Assembly: GCA_030167865.1 (NCBI GenBank)
Contig: JALAGF010002881.1
Location: forward strand, 1 to 39,334
Source: Craspedostauros australis
Taxonomy: Eukaryota
DNA length: 39,334 nt
Direction: 5' to 3'
In this document: positions 1 through 9,522 of the stretch, one piece after another
Layout of the letters: each line of letters opens with the position of its first letter
How positions within the stretch are numbered: the stretch's first letter is position 1
Program-made: the position numbers and the translations under genes
Notes under the pieces: generated by a model
The model's input: the letters and a program-made list of their open reading frames with translations, nothing else
What the model was told of the DNA's origin: nothing
The model's database searches: none

Positions 1-1819
1 GTGTTCAAAACAATTGCCTTTCTCACACAACTGTCTATTCAATCTGGAGGCTTCAGTCCATACCAAGTTAATTACTAGAGTCAAGAGTGATCCACATCCT
101 ATTGAATGCCACAATCACTTCATCGTATCGTTAACAGCTGCGCTGCCTTTTCGTAGACTACAGTATGCGTTCGACATTGGACTGACGAGCACAAACCAAA
201 CCCGAACGGGGTTTGTTGGTAGAACAGTGATACAACGTATTTTCCATAGAAATGACATATATGCATATTTCCCTCAACTCCCAGACAAAGGGCTCTAATG
301 TTCCACAGACAGATTGATGGCGTCCACGCCTCTGTTTATGTTCGTAACAACAATCCTTGTACCACGGACGCATGTCACAGTTTCGCTCACCAGAGTCAAG
401 CGTTTCCAGAATGTGCCCCGCCGACATCGTGTGCATGTTTGTGTACTTTCTCTCCCTTCGGTGGATGTTCATCAAAACCGGACGGAGGAGGGTTGCCTGG
501 CTCGCGAACCTCTCGGTGGTATTGAAAAAAGCACGATTGATGTTCTTCCTTGTCTCGCACAAAGCGAGATGCGTATCCAGGGCCAGTTGTGGTAATCATG
601 TCACTCGCATCTCCACACCTTTGCCCCACAAGATCTGGTGATGTGCACCGTGATGAGTACGTACGATGACCCAATCGCAGCAAAGAGCAGTGATTCAGAA
701 GCAGTCTGCAATTTCGATGGTATCACGTGCCAACCTTTTTGGACTCTCCGTCGCAGCGTGTTGGTACTGTCACGTCGGCGGAGGAGTACGACGCAGTCGC
801 AGGAGAAAAATGACGCGATTTGGAGACGGTATCAAACCCATACATGTGGAAACGCTTCCTGATCTGCTCTGTTCTGCTCACCAGGCATCCGGCTCAACCG
901 CTGTCCCTATTCAGACTGGTGGCGTGGTAATGACGGGAGCAGATATCGGAATCCAACTAACTTTCGGCACATTCGCATCTCGTGGTCATTCAGATGTTTG
1001 TTACGAGAATACGCCGTGGTATTTTACAATGCAAGCGTCAAGATCATACGTCTTTGCGCCCAAGGGAACAACCAAGGGTGAGCATAGTTGCAGAGAATGG
1101 TCAAGTCTCTCCTCTCCGTAGACCATAATCATCCAGCACCAAAACTGCAACCGAAATCCTCCCGCCACATGGAAGCCCGAAGTCGTCAGAAAATCCAAGG
1201 AGAGATCACGGTATCATTACGATGACACCACGAGTACATGCCGTGCTGGACGCGCATGGAAGTTCCAGCAACTCTCGGACCCACCAAAGCGCTGTGGCTG
1301 CTTTCGCTCGCCGAATGGAGCAAAGTATCCGCACATTGCAAGCAACCTCGTCTGCACCACACGTCCATGGCAGCAGAACGTGGTGGAACAGTTCTCCTCT
1401 TCGCCCCATTGGCTGGTTGACCTCATCCACTGCCACGAATCTGGAGAACTTCTGCTCAACTCTATCCTCCTTTGTAGAGATGAAGCACGAGATAAAAGGC
1501 TCAAGGAGTACCTCCAAACGTGGACAACAGATTCGGATCATGTCGATCCACGCATGGATGGACAGACGGAAAGCATCCATTTTGTTGGTTGGCTCATGCG
1601 ACCCAGCATCACAAACCCAAACCCTGGTTCCAAACCCAAAGATCGACACAACGCCAAGTGCGCACAACTCTGAGGGCGGCATCAAGTCAAGCATCCTCTG
1701 AGGAGCAACGCGACAACAACTATACCCATTCTCAAGATCCCTGCTGTAGCAAGAGCAGCAACCCCCACTAATACAATATATTTTAATATAGTGTAATATA
1801 TTATAATATAATAGAAAGG

Positions 1820-4261
1820 ATGGGAAAGAACAGCAAATCGAAGAAGGGATCATCGAAGGGCGGCGGATCGCACGCGGACGACGATGTGGCCGCGACGAAG
1901 CAGGAACAGCGGCTGCAGGCGGTGCTGCTGGCGGACTCGTTCGTGAACACGTTCCGGCCTCTGTCGCTGGACAGCCCCAAGATGCTGTGCCCTCTGAACA
2001 ACGTGAAGCTTCTGGACTACAGCATGGACTTCCTGGCAGGCGCCGGCGTGGAGGAGCTGTTCGTGGTGTGCGTGGACGACGCCATCGAGGAGCACGTGAC
2101 GCAGCATCTGTGGACCACGGGACGCACGATGGAGGTCACCGTGGTCAAGGACACCTCCCTCACGAACGCCGGCGACGCGTTGCGGGAGCTGGACAAGCGC
2201 AACCTCGTGCAGAGCGATCCCTTCCTCCTCATGTTCGGGGACATCGTCACCAACGTCAACGTGCACCAGGCCATGCGCGCCCACAAGCAGCGCCATTCCA
2301 AGGACTCCTCCGCCATGATGACGCTCCTGCTGCACCAGTGCGGCGATTCCAACTACGCCAGCCTAAGATCGGCCACGGACGACCTCATCATCGGCCTGGA
2401 CCCCACGCAGCAGAACCGCGTCGTGGTCTACGACAACCACCAGGACTCCAAGCTGGCCAAGATCCCCTGCTCCTTCTTCGCCAACCACCCGCAGGTCGAT
2501 CTATACACCGGCCTGCAGGACACGGGCGTCTACATCTGCAGCCCCGACGTCCTGGCAAGATTCTCGGATGAGTTCGACTACCGCAACATCGGCAGGGAGT
2601 TCCTGTCCAACAGCGTCGCCGAGGAGGAGGAGGGCCTGCAGAACCGGATATACGCGCACATCCTCGAGGAGTCCGAGTACGCCGCGCGCGTCACGGACTT
2701 TCGCACCTACCACGCCATCACCATGGACCTGCTGCAGCGATGGTGCTACCCCGTCGTGCCTGACAACCTCCCCAGCGGCTACGAGAAGGCCAATCGCTAC
2801 GCCGTCTTCACCAAGCAGAACCACCTCTACAAGGAGACGAAGGCTCTGTCCCGATCGGGACGCACGTCGACGGTCACGGGCCCCGGCGTCCTGGGATCAT
2901 CGTGCGTCGTCGGTGAGCACTGCACCATCGCTTCGTGCGTGCTGGGTCATCGCGTCAAGATCGCGGATGGCGTGTCCGTGTCCAACTCGCACATTTGGGA
3001 CGACGTCACCATCCACGCCAACGCGACCATCGATCAGGCCATCCTCGCGCAGGATGTCGTCATTCACGAAGGTGCGGTCGTGCCGCGGGGGTGCGTCGTT
3101 GGCAGAGGCTGCGTCATCGGCAAGGGCGTGGTGTTGCCGGAATTCACCAGAATAACCCTTCAGAAGGAGAAGGATGATGAGGACGATGATGCTTTCAGCG
3201 GTTTCTCGGATGACGATGAAGAGGATGACGACGACGACGACGACGACGAAGAGGACGAAGATGAAGATGATGATGAGGGTAAGGTCTCCGGTCTCGGTGC
3301 ACTATCTGCAGCAGACCCTGCTCTTGATGCGCAGAATACGGACCACCATGTTGTTGGCGAAGATGGGCTGGGCCATGTCTGGTTGCCGACTGCCGACTAC
3401 GATGAAGAGTACGACGAAGACGACGACGAGGATGGCACGAAGCTGCTCGAATACATCCAAGGCCAGAGCCTGGGATTCGAACTCGATGCATTCATGCAGA
3501 AACGGAACGAACGACAGGCCGAACCGGAAGATGACGGTCTCAGCGGAGCAGGCGACGATGACATGGGCGAAGGTCTCGGCTACGCGGATGACGGCGCGTT
3601 CACATTCGGCATGGACGACACCGGCGATCATTCCTTCGGAGGTGCCGCGGCCACAACGACGGCCGCCGACGTGGTCATCGGACGGCAGAAGGGCGTCGAC
3701 GTCGTCAAGGAGCTCAAGGAGATCTGCATGGAATTCGAAGAAACCTCGCCCATCGAGAATCTGTCCATCGAATTGAATTCCTACAAGTTCAGCCAGAACG
3801 CGACCTACTCCGACTGCACCATGGGTGCCATGCTGTGCGTGCTGCATCGCATGCAGATCACGGCCGACATGACGGACAGCAAGTTGATCGCGGCGTTGAA
3901 GCAGAGGCTGCAGGTGTGGTCGCCGCTGCTGGAGAAGATGAGCGTCGGCATCCCGGAGGAGCGCGCCATCATCTACGCCGTCGAGCGCGTCGCCACGAAG
4001 CATGGGACGGGCGTGAGCGAGAAGCTGAGCTCGGGTCTGTCGCTGCGGTTCATCCTGCAGACGATGCACGACGAGGAGATCCTGAGCGAGGAGGCCATCC
4101 TGTCGTGGGCTGCCGAGCGCAAGGAAGAATCGGAAGACAGTCCACTCGGGAAGCTGTTCCACCTCAAGGCCGTTCAAGACTTTTTGGAGTGGTTGGAGGA
4201 GGAGTCAGAAAGCGAGGACAGTGATGACGACGACGGTGATGATGACAGTGAAGAAGACTAG
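1820..4261 (+). CDS. EIF2B5: Translation initiation factor eIF2B epsilon subunit (GCD6-like)
   Basis: Intact 813-aa ORF with high GC3. N-terminal nucleotidyltransferase-like domain (LQAVLLADSF..FRPL...PKMLCPL, GDALRELD...DPFLLMFGDIVTN), left-handed beta-helix hexapeptide repeats (CVVGEHCTIASCVLGHRVKIADG...), acidic linker, catalytic-region motif IELNSYKFSQN, and W2 domain ending ILSEEAILSW...FLEWLEEE. Confidence 0.95.
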   Translation: MGKNSKSKKGSSKGGGSHADDDVAATKQEQRLQAVLLADSFVNTFRPLSLDSPKMLCPLNNVKLLDYSMDFLAGAGVEELFVVCVDDAIEEHVTQHLWTTGRTMEVTVVKDTSLTNAGDALRELDKRNLVQSDPFLLMFGDIVTNVNVHQAMRAHKQRHSKDSSAMMTLLLHQCGDSNYASLRSATDDLIIGLDPTQQNRVVVYDNHQDSKLAKIPCSFFANHPQVDLYTGLQDTGVYICSPDVLARFSDEFDYRNIGREFLSNSVAEEEEGLQNRIYAHILEESEYAARVTDFRTYHAITMDLLQRWCYPVVPDNLPSGYEKANRYAVFTKQNHLYKETKALSRSGRTSTVTGPGVLGSSCVVGEHCTIASCVLGHRVKIADGVSVSNSHIWDDVTIHANATIDQAILAQDVVIHEGAVVPRGCVVGRGCVIGKGVVLPEFTRITLQKEKDDEDDDAFSGFSDDDEEDDDDDDDDEEDEDEDDDEGKVSGLGALSAADPALDAQNTDHHVVGEDGLGHVWLPTADYDEEYDEDDDEDGTKLLEYIQGQSLGFELDAFMQKRNERQAEPEDDGLSGAGDDDMGEGLGYADDGAFTFGMDDTGDHSFGGAAATTTAADVVIGRQKGVDVVKELKEICMEFEETSPIENLSIELNSYKFSQNATYSDCTMGAMLCVLHRMQITADMTDSKLIAALKQRLQVWSPLLEKMSVGIPEERAIIYAVERVATKHGTGVSEKLSSGLSLRFILQTMHDEEILSEEAILSWAAERKEESEDSPLGKLFHLKAVQDFLEWLEEESESEDSDDDDGDDDSEED

Positions 4262-4938
4262 AGAGAGAGAAAGCGGCAGAGCAAGTTATCGTAGACTACT
4301 TCTGTTCACTCCTACTCTACCCATGCATTGCATTGCGCTTTATTCGAAAGAGTGATTTTGGTCGTTGCCACGACTTGTTGTGGAGTGGAGTAGTGCTTTA
4401 TGTGTGGGATAGAGCTGCGTGGGCTACGACTACCGTGGTTGTATTGATGTGCGGCTCGTGACTGTGGGCCGTGCCATCCCGCAGATACCTGCTATTCGTT
4501 TGCACCGAATTCCGTTTCTCGCAATGATCAGCATTGCAGAAAAGCGCAGAGCATGCGTACTTTGGTGAGCACTGCTTCTGGGATGCCAGCAACAAGCAAG
4601 CAGTCATGTTGCGATGAAGGTTGCTCCGTAGAAATGGATAGAGTACGAGTACCGCTCATTTCGCATTCGCCTGCATCTTCATATCCGATGACTCGTCGGG
4701 ATGTACGCACAATGGTCATAAAGGCAGCCACCCTCCCCTCTCCGCCCCCATTTGATGACTTTTTCGGCAACTGACGATGGCATGCCTCTCAATCTGTTGA
4801 CCCGCGAGGCCGCATCCACGATCATCCTAGCGTGTCTGTTTCCCTTGCTCTGTTCTGCTCTTATGGAATAGCCAATTCCCCCGACTATCCCAACGGCAAC
4901 TCCAATCGTCCCAACCCCAAGTGAAAAGCCCCACGACA

Positions 4939-5262
4939 TCAGAACCCCAAAACGTTGGACGGATGAAACGGACCCGGCGGACTGTGGATGCGCCGTGACA
5001 ATCGCTGGGCGATCTGCGTGGCGGCTTCCTCCGGATCCGGCGATTCGAACTCCACCGACAGAAAGCTGCTGCTGCTGCTGTCGGCACGGCGCCGTCCCTG
5101 GCTGACGACATCGATCTCGAGCTGGAAGGCAGCGCCGCGGCACAGGATGGGATGCACGATGAGGGCCTTGGCGACGTGCTCCGGCACCGTGAATAGCGCC
5201 TTGGCTTTGCCGCCGGGCATGTTCAGGACGAAGTACGGGACGGCCGGGAGTTCAGTCGTCAT
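4939..5262 (-). CDS. Small hypothetical protein (107 aa, MTTELPAVPYFVLNMPGG...)
   Basis: Part of ORF 4939-5367. From the ATG at 5262 the codons have strong GC3 bias like neighbouring genes, and the ATG follows an A/C-rich leader (ACAGCAACA-ATG). No recognisable domain. Confidence 0.5.
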   Translation of the reverse strand: MTTELPAVPYFVLNMPGGKAKALFTVPEHVAKALIVHPILCRGAAFQLEIDVVSQGRRRADSSSSSFLSVEFESPDPEEAATQIAQRLSRRIHSPPGPFHPSNVLGF

Positions 5263-5304
5263 TGTTGCTGTTTGTGGGTCTTTGGGGTTGTGGATGTGGC
5301 AGCG

Positions 5305-5345
5305 ATGGTGACAACAATGGTGACAACAATGGTGACAGCAATGGT
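5305..5345. repeat. 12-bp tandem repeat (ATGGTGACAACA) x~3.4
   Basis: Directly visible: atggtgacaaca atggtgacaaca atggtgacagca atggt. Confidence 0.85.
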
Positions 5346-6168
5346 CTTGATGCTGATTGCAACGCAAGCAGATTGTATGGCATGAACATCTGGATACGCT
5401 CCTCCAGGATCATGGCAAAAGGCGGAAGATGCTTCTTGGCTGTGCGTTTCTGTGTGTCCATCTCCATTTCTTGTTTGAAATCGCGAGTTAACCGTCAAGA
5501 CAGACATCAAAGAGTGATATCGATCTGGCACCATTCTCAACAGTTTCATCAGATACACTTACAAACATCCATGGGGTTCGTGACTCATCCACGACTTCAA
5601 GTGGCCAAAAATCGCATCACATTTTTGGTCTTGGCGCCAAAACTCCTCCCACATCATTCTGAGAAGGTTCTGTGTTGGCCAATGGGAGGCATGGCGATCG
5701 CCGCGGTGCGCGCTTGTGCCATTCATCGGGACCGTGGGTGTGGTTATGACGAGGGTGTACGCATGGTATCTCTTCTCGCCATGTTTGTCCAACAGGAGAG
5801 CCTCATTTGATGTGCGGAGGCGTTTGATGTCTTCCTGCCTTCCTGCCAACTTGCGATTCGCTCTCATCCCTTGCGAAAAGTATAGAAGGAAGATGAGCGA
5901 AACCGTATCGCATTTATCCAATCATATCGAACCTTCTCAACTGCAGGCGATGTATCCATTGCACATTCGTTGGCACGAGACAACAGCGCATTGCGTATTT
6001 TGCTGCCGCCACTGTCATGCACTTTTCTCTGTTGCCGTTCTTCTCAATTGCGTATGGGGGACGTCCACTCCTTCCCTCGCTCTTCTCATCCATCCACACA
6101 CTCACAAAACCACGCTCACAAAATTACCATCACAATCGTAATCCCCCATCCGCACAAAAACCAGCACG

Positions 6169-6741
6169 ATGAAGTCTCCCACGCCCCTTTCCTTCACTGT
6201 CACCGCTGTCTCGTGCGCAGTTGCGCTCACATCAATCTCCGTCTCGACGCCCTTCCTCGCCGTCGAGGCCGCCAATCTGCGCACTGCGCCCAACATGCGC
6301 ACCCCGCTGGGCACGATCGAAGAATTCAAGGCCAAGCTGCTATTCCGCAATGCCAAGGAACCCATCTCCAACAGGGACAACCGCATCGTGCAGGCCACCC
6401 TCGTATCCGCCTACAATCTGGTCAAGCCTTTCGGTCAAGCACTCGAAACCGGCAGCGCTCTGCTCGTGGCGGAGGAGGCCGTGCAAAGTACCAACGACAC
6501 CCACATTGATATATTCGCCAAGGCCATCCTCGACTACGCGTGCTTGGATTGTCCCATCGATGGCAACCATACGGTGGAGGACAAGGTCGATGAGTGGGCC
6601 GACGTTTGGTGCCGCAAGATGCGCGCCAGCGGTTCGGACCAGTTCGATGAAGTCAGCGATTGCCAGATCCATCCCGATAGAGCGGCGGCTATCCCGAGCA
6701 TTTGGCGCAGCACGCAGCCCGATGACTTGGCGCAGGGGTGA
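6169..6741 (+). CDS. Hypothetical secreted protein (190 aa) with four C-terminal cysteines
   Basis: High-GC3 ORF with an A/C-rich leader. Hydrophobic N-terminus (LSFTVTAVSCAVALTSISVSTPFLAVEA) resembles a signal peptide. C-terminal pattern YACLDCP...WC.KMRASG...F..V.DC.I. Confidence 0.7.
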   Translation: MKSPTPLSFTVTAVSCAVALTSISVSTPFLAVEAANLRTAPNMRTPLGTIEEFKAKLLFRNAKEPISNRDNRIVQATLVSAYNLVKPFGQALETGSALLVAEEAVQSTNDTHIDIFAKAILDYACLDCPIDGNHTVEDKVDEWADVWCRKMRASGSDQFDEVSDCQIHPDRAAAIPSIWRSTQPDDLAQG

Positions 6742-7244
6742 AACGCGTCTATTTCATTTCGACATCGGACTCAACTTCTATCTGTAGACATCGGAATTAC
6801 ATCATCATGTTATCGATACACCACTGTAGCCACAGCATCCTCTTCATTGTGTACGTGTATAGGCAGTGCCACTGATTCCGAAGCTGCTGCGGGAGACCAA
6901 CAATGATGGTCAATCTGTCCGGCACATGCGATGGGCGTTGGCGACTGTTGCGTTTTGATGGACAGTACTACGAATGATACCATATGGTATTGTGAGTGGC
7001 ATCGCAGTATCTACTATGGTACCATATATATGGGATATATGATCATTCATCAAGACCAAAAACGCAACAGAACGATGATTCCGTTTCCGTGTGTCGATTC
7101 CACGCTGTTCCTACTCGTCCCGCAAGGTGAGGTGATCGTGCTTCTCGCGTCATACCATACCCATAGTCATGCTCACAGTCATACCCCTCTTCAGCTGACG
7201 ACATACGACCACTGATAAGATATTATACGAGCCACCAACACACA

Positions 7245-7967
7245 ATGATCTCATCCTTCGTCTCCGGATTGCGCAGCCGCATGCGGCGCCAAATCCAAAA
7301 GAACACGTCGAAGCTGGAACCGAGCGTGCGCGACGAGCTCGTCTGGGAAGTGCGCAATGGTCTGCAGCATGACGCTCGCACGAATGACGACGACGAGAAC
7401 GGCGACACGGCCAGCGTCGATGCCAGCATGCAGCTGGAGCAGCTGGAGGAAGAGCTGGAGATTGCCAAGGAGCAGCTGCAGCAGTCGGAAGAAAGGCAGC
7501 AGTTCGTGGAAACGCGGTTGTTCAAGTACAAGCGGCTGCTCCAGGATATGCAGTATCAGACGAAGGACGATGACGCGCAGCACAAGGAGCAGCAGCAGAA
7601 CCTCCTGCAGGCCCTGCAAACGATCGAGGGCAACCACAAGGCCATGCTGGCGCAGATGGAGCGCATGAAGCGCCGCATCCAGCGTATGGAAGGGCAGCGC
7701 GATGACATGACGCGGCAGCTGCAGGAATGCCACGACTTTCTGGAGGCGGCGGGCAATGTCCATGTCGAGGAGGAGCATGCGTCGTTGGTCCACGAGGATG
7801 TGGATCGTATCGAGCTTGTGGAGATGCGGTCGTCCACGCCCGTGAGTGATCATGGGGAGGTGGATATCGAGACGCAGGCGGGAGAGGCAAAGGAAGAAGC
7901 ATTGGAAGAGGCGATGGAAGAGCAAGGGGAATCCAATGAAGCCGACCAGCTGCTGGAAGCGGCGTGA
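7245..7967 (+). CDS. Coiled-coil hypothetical protein (240 aa)
   Basis: High-GC3 ORF with E/Q/L-rich heptads (QLEQLEEELEIAKEQLQQSEERQQF; MLAQMERMKRRIQRMEGQRDDM). ATG context ACACA-ATG. Confidence 0.75.
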   Translation: MISSFVSGLRSRMRRQIQKNTSKLEPSVRDELVWEVRNGLQHDARTNDDDENGDTASVDASMQLEQLEEELEIAKEQLQQSEERQQFVETRLFKYKRLLQDMQYQTKDDDAQHKEQQQNLLQALQTIEGNHKAMLAQMERMKRRIQRMEGQRDDMTRQLQECHDFLEAAGNVHVEEEHASLVHEDVDRIELVEMRSSTPVSDHGEVDIETQAGEAKEEALEEAMEEQGESNEADQLLEAA

Positions 7968-8206
7968 AGCGCAACTGTATGAAAACGCGCAAGAGCACAG
8001 GAGTGGCGACAATGATGGTACTATACACCCTGCTGTTCTAATCAAATCTGCACGAACCAGTCACTGCACTGCTGTATAATATGATGTCTTTTTACATGGA
8101 TCTTCTGTAGTTGTGGTGAGCGATGTCAGGCGTACACTAATACATGCACTCATACATGTACATGTACATGGAGATGGTGCATCCTAGAAGCACGTATAGA
8201 CCAATC

Positions 8207-9463
8207 TCACCTCGAAGCACTGCGGCGGCCGCCGCCCGACCTGACCTTGCACAGCAGCTCCGCGCGAGACAGGTCCGAGTCGAAGTTGAAATCTTCCTGC
8301 CCATCCAGGATCTGGTACAGCTCGCGAATCGACATCTTCGAGTACTGATCGTTGCTGCTATCATCGCTGTTGCGCTTGCCGATGGAATAGTGGTGAATCT
8401 CCATCATGAGCCCGCTGCACTGCACCAAATCGGGAAAGTCAGGATGCTGCAACAAGCACGGCCACAGCTGCACCACGGCCGCCGTCGCGGATTCCTTGAG
8501 CAAGGCGCAATTCAACCCATCCGCGAGCAGCAGGAAGGCGATGCACGTGTCGTAGCTGAGATGATCATCGCACAGCCTCGTCTCGATCACCAGCTTCAGC
8601 TTGCAGCAACCGAACTGGTTGGCCACCACCAGCAAGGCCTGAAGATCCGAATGCGCCGCGTCGAGGTACGTCGTGTCCTGCGCGTACAGGAATCGCAGAA
8701 AGGCACGGAAGTGGACGGGGCGGATGTTGGGCAGCAGGATTTCTCGTGAAGCGTCCGATGCTGCTGCAGCGTCTTCCAACTGCATGCGTTCGGTTTGATG
8801 CGGGTTTATGCCATCGATGATGCCCTCCATGAGCGGCGCGGCGAAGAAGATGATCTCCGTGTTGGCTTTGATCGTCTCTTTCTCGCCGTCCTTGCCGACG
8901 ACGAATGCGATGTTCGTTCGGAATTGGTCCTCCAGATGCTTGAGGTAGCGTCTGTCCAGCGGAGTTGATGGCTTCCATCTCATGGGCGAAAGGATGCCGC
9001 CAGCCGCACCAACGTCATCTTCCACCTCGAGGCAGACGATGAACGTCAGGGTATCGTCGACGCAGCCTCTCCGAAGCACGTCCTTCCGCGGCGCGAAATC
9101 ATGCCACCCCCACGCGATCTGCGTTCTCGTCCTGTGGAAGGTGTGCGTGAGGGCTTCTTTCGTGATGCCCAAATGCTGGTTGGTGAAGGAGAACTTGACG
9201 GTGCACGCATCGGCCAGTTTCCATGAATCGACGTCGGCCCGCAGGTAGATGCTGACGGATGCCCGTTCATCGTCCACCACTTGACGATCTTCACCTCGGG
9301 GACCGAGCCACAGCTTCCATTTGAGGCCGTTGAAGTTGAAGGTGGGGGACACGGGGCCATCGGGCGGCCGGTGCTTCAGCTGCGAGAATTGGTGGAAGTG
9401 CACGGCGACCACCTCCCTGTTGAAGAGTGCGGGCGACGGATCGCCCAGCTGGACCATCTGCAT
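8207..9463 (-). CDS. MATH-BTB/POZ (SPOP/BPM-like) Cullin3 substrate adaptor with BACK-like helices and a C-terminal SAP/HeH-like motif
   Basis: MATH: SPTFNFNGLKWKLWLGPRG...VSIYL...AWGWHDF...DDTLTFIVCLEV. BTB: NIAFVVG...IKANTEII...ILLPNIRPVHFRAFLRFLY...LLVVANQFGCCKLKLVIE. BACK-like: FLLLADGLNCALLKESA. Start placed at ATG 9463 (ACAACG-ATG) within ORF 8207-9649. Confidence 0.88.
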   Translation of the reverse strand: MQMVQLGDPSPALFNREVVAVHFHQFSQLKHRPPDGPVSPTFNFNGLKWKLWLGPRGEDRQVVDDERASVSIYLRADVDSWKLADACTVKFSFTNQHLGITKEALTHTFHRTRTQIAWGWHDFAPRKDVLRRGCVDDTLTFIVCLEVEDDVGAAGGILSPMRWKPSTPLDRRYLKHLEDQFRTNIAFVVGKDGEKETIKANTEIIFFAAPLMEGIIDGINPHQTERMQLEDAAAASDASREILLPNIRPVHFRAFLRFLYAQDTTYLDAAHSDLQALLVVANQFGCCKLKLVIETRLCDDHLSYDTCIAFLLLADGLNCALLKESATAAVVQLWPCLLQHPDFPDLVQCSGLMMEIHHYSIGKRNSDDSSNDQYSKMSIRELYQILDGQEDFNFDSDLSRAELLCKVRSGGGRRSASR

Positions 9464-9490
9464 CGTTGTGGTGTGCTTGAACTTCTGCAG

Positions 9491-9522
9491 GAGTACGAGC
9501 ACGAGCACGAGCACGAGTACGA
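9491..9522. repeat. Hexanucleotide microsatellite (GAG[C/T]AC)x5 upstream of the MATH-BTB start
   Basis: gagtac gagcac gagcac gagcac gagtac ga is directly visible. Confidence 0.85.

Noticed and set aside
3170-3280. Long Asp/Glu tract in eIF2B epsilon
   Set aside because: An acidic linker between the beta-helix and W2 domains is normal for this family.
1850-4224. Long antisense or alternate-frame ORFs overlapping eIF2B epsilon (and likewise within the DENN, BTB and kinesin genes)
   Set aside because: Shadow ORFs caused by high GC3 suppressing stop codons; no motifs.
5263-5367. CCHH repeats as a zinc-finger N-terminus
   Set aside because: Artefact of translating the 12-bp tandem repeat upstream of the likely true ATG.
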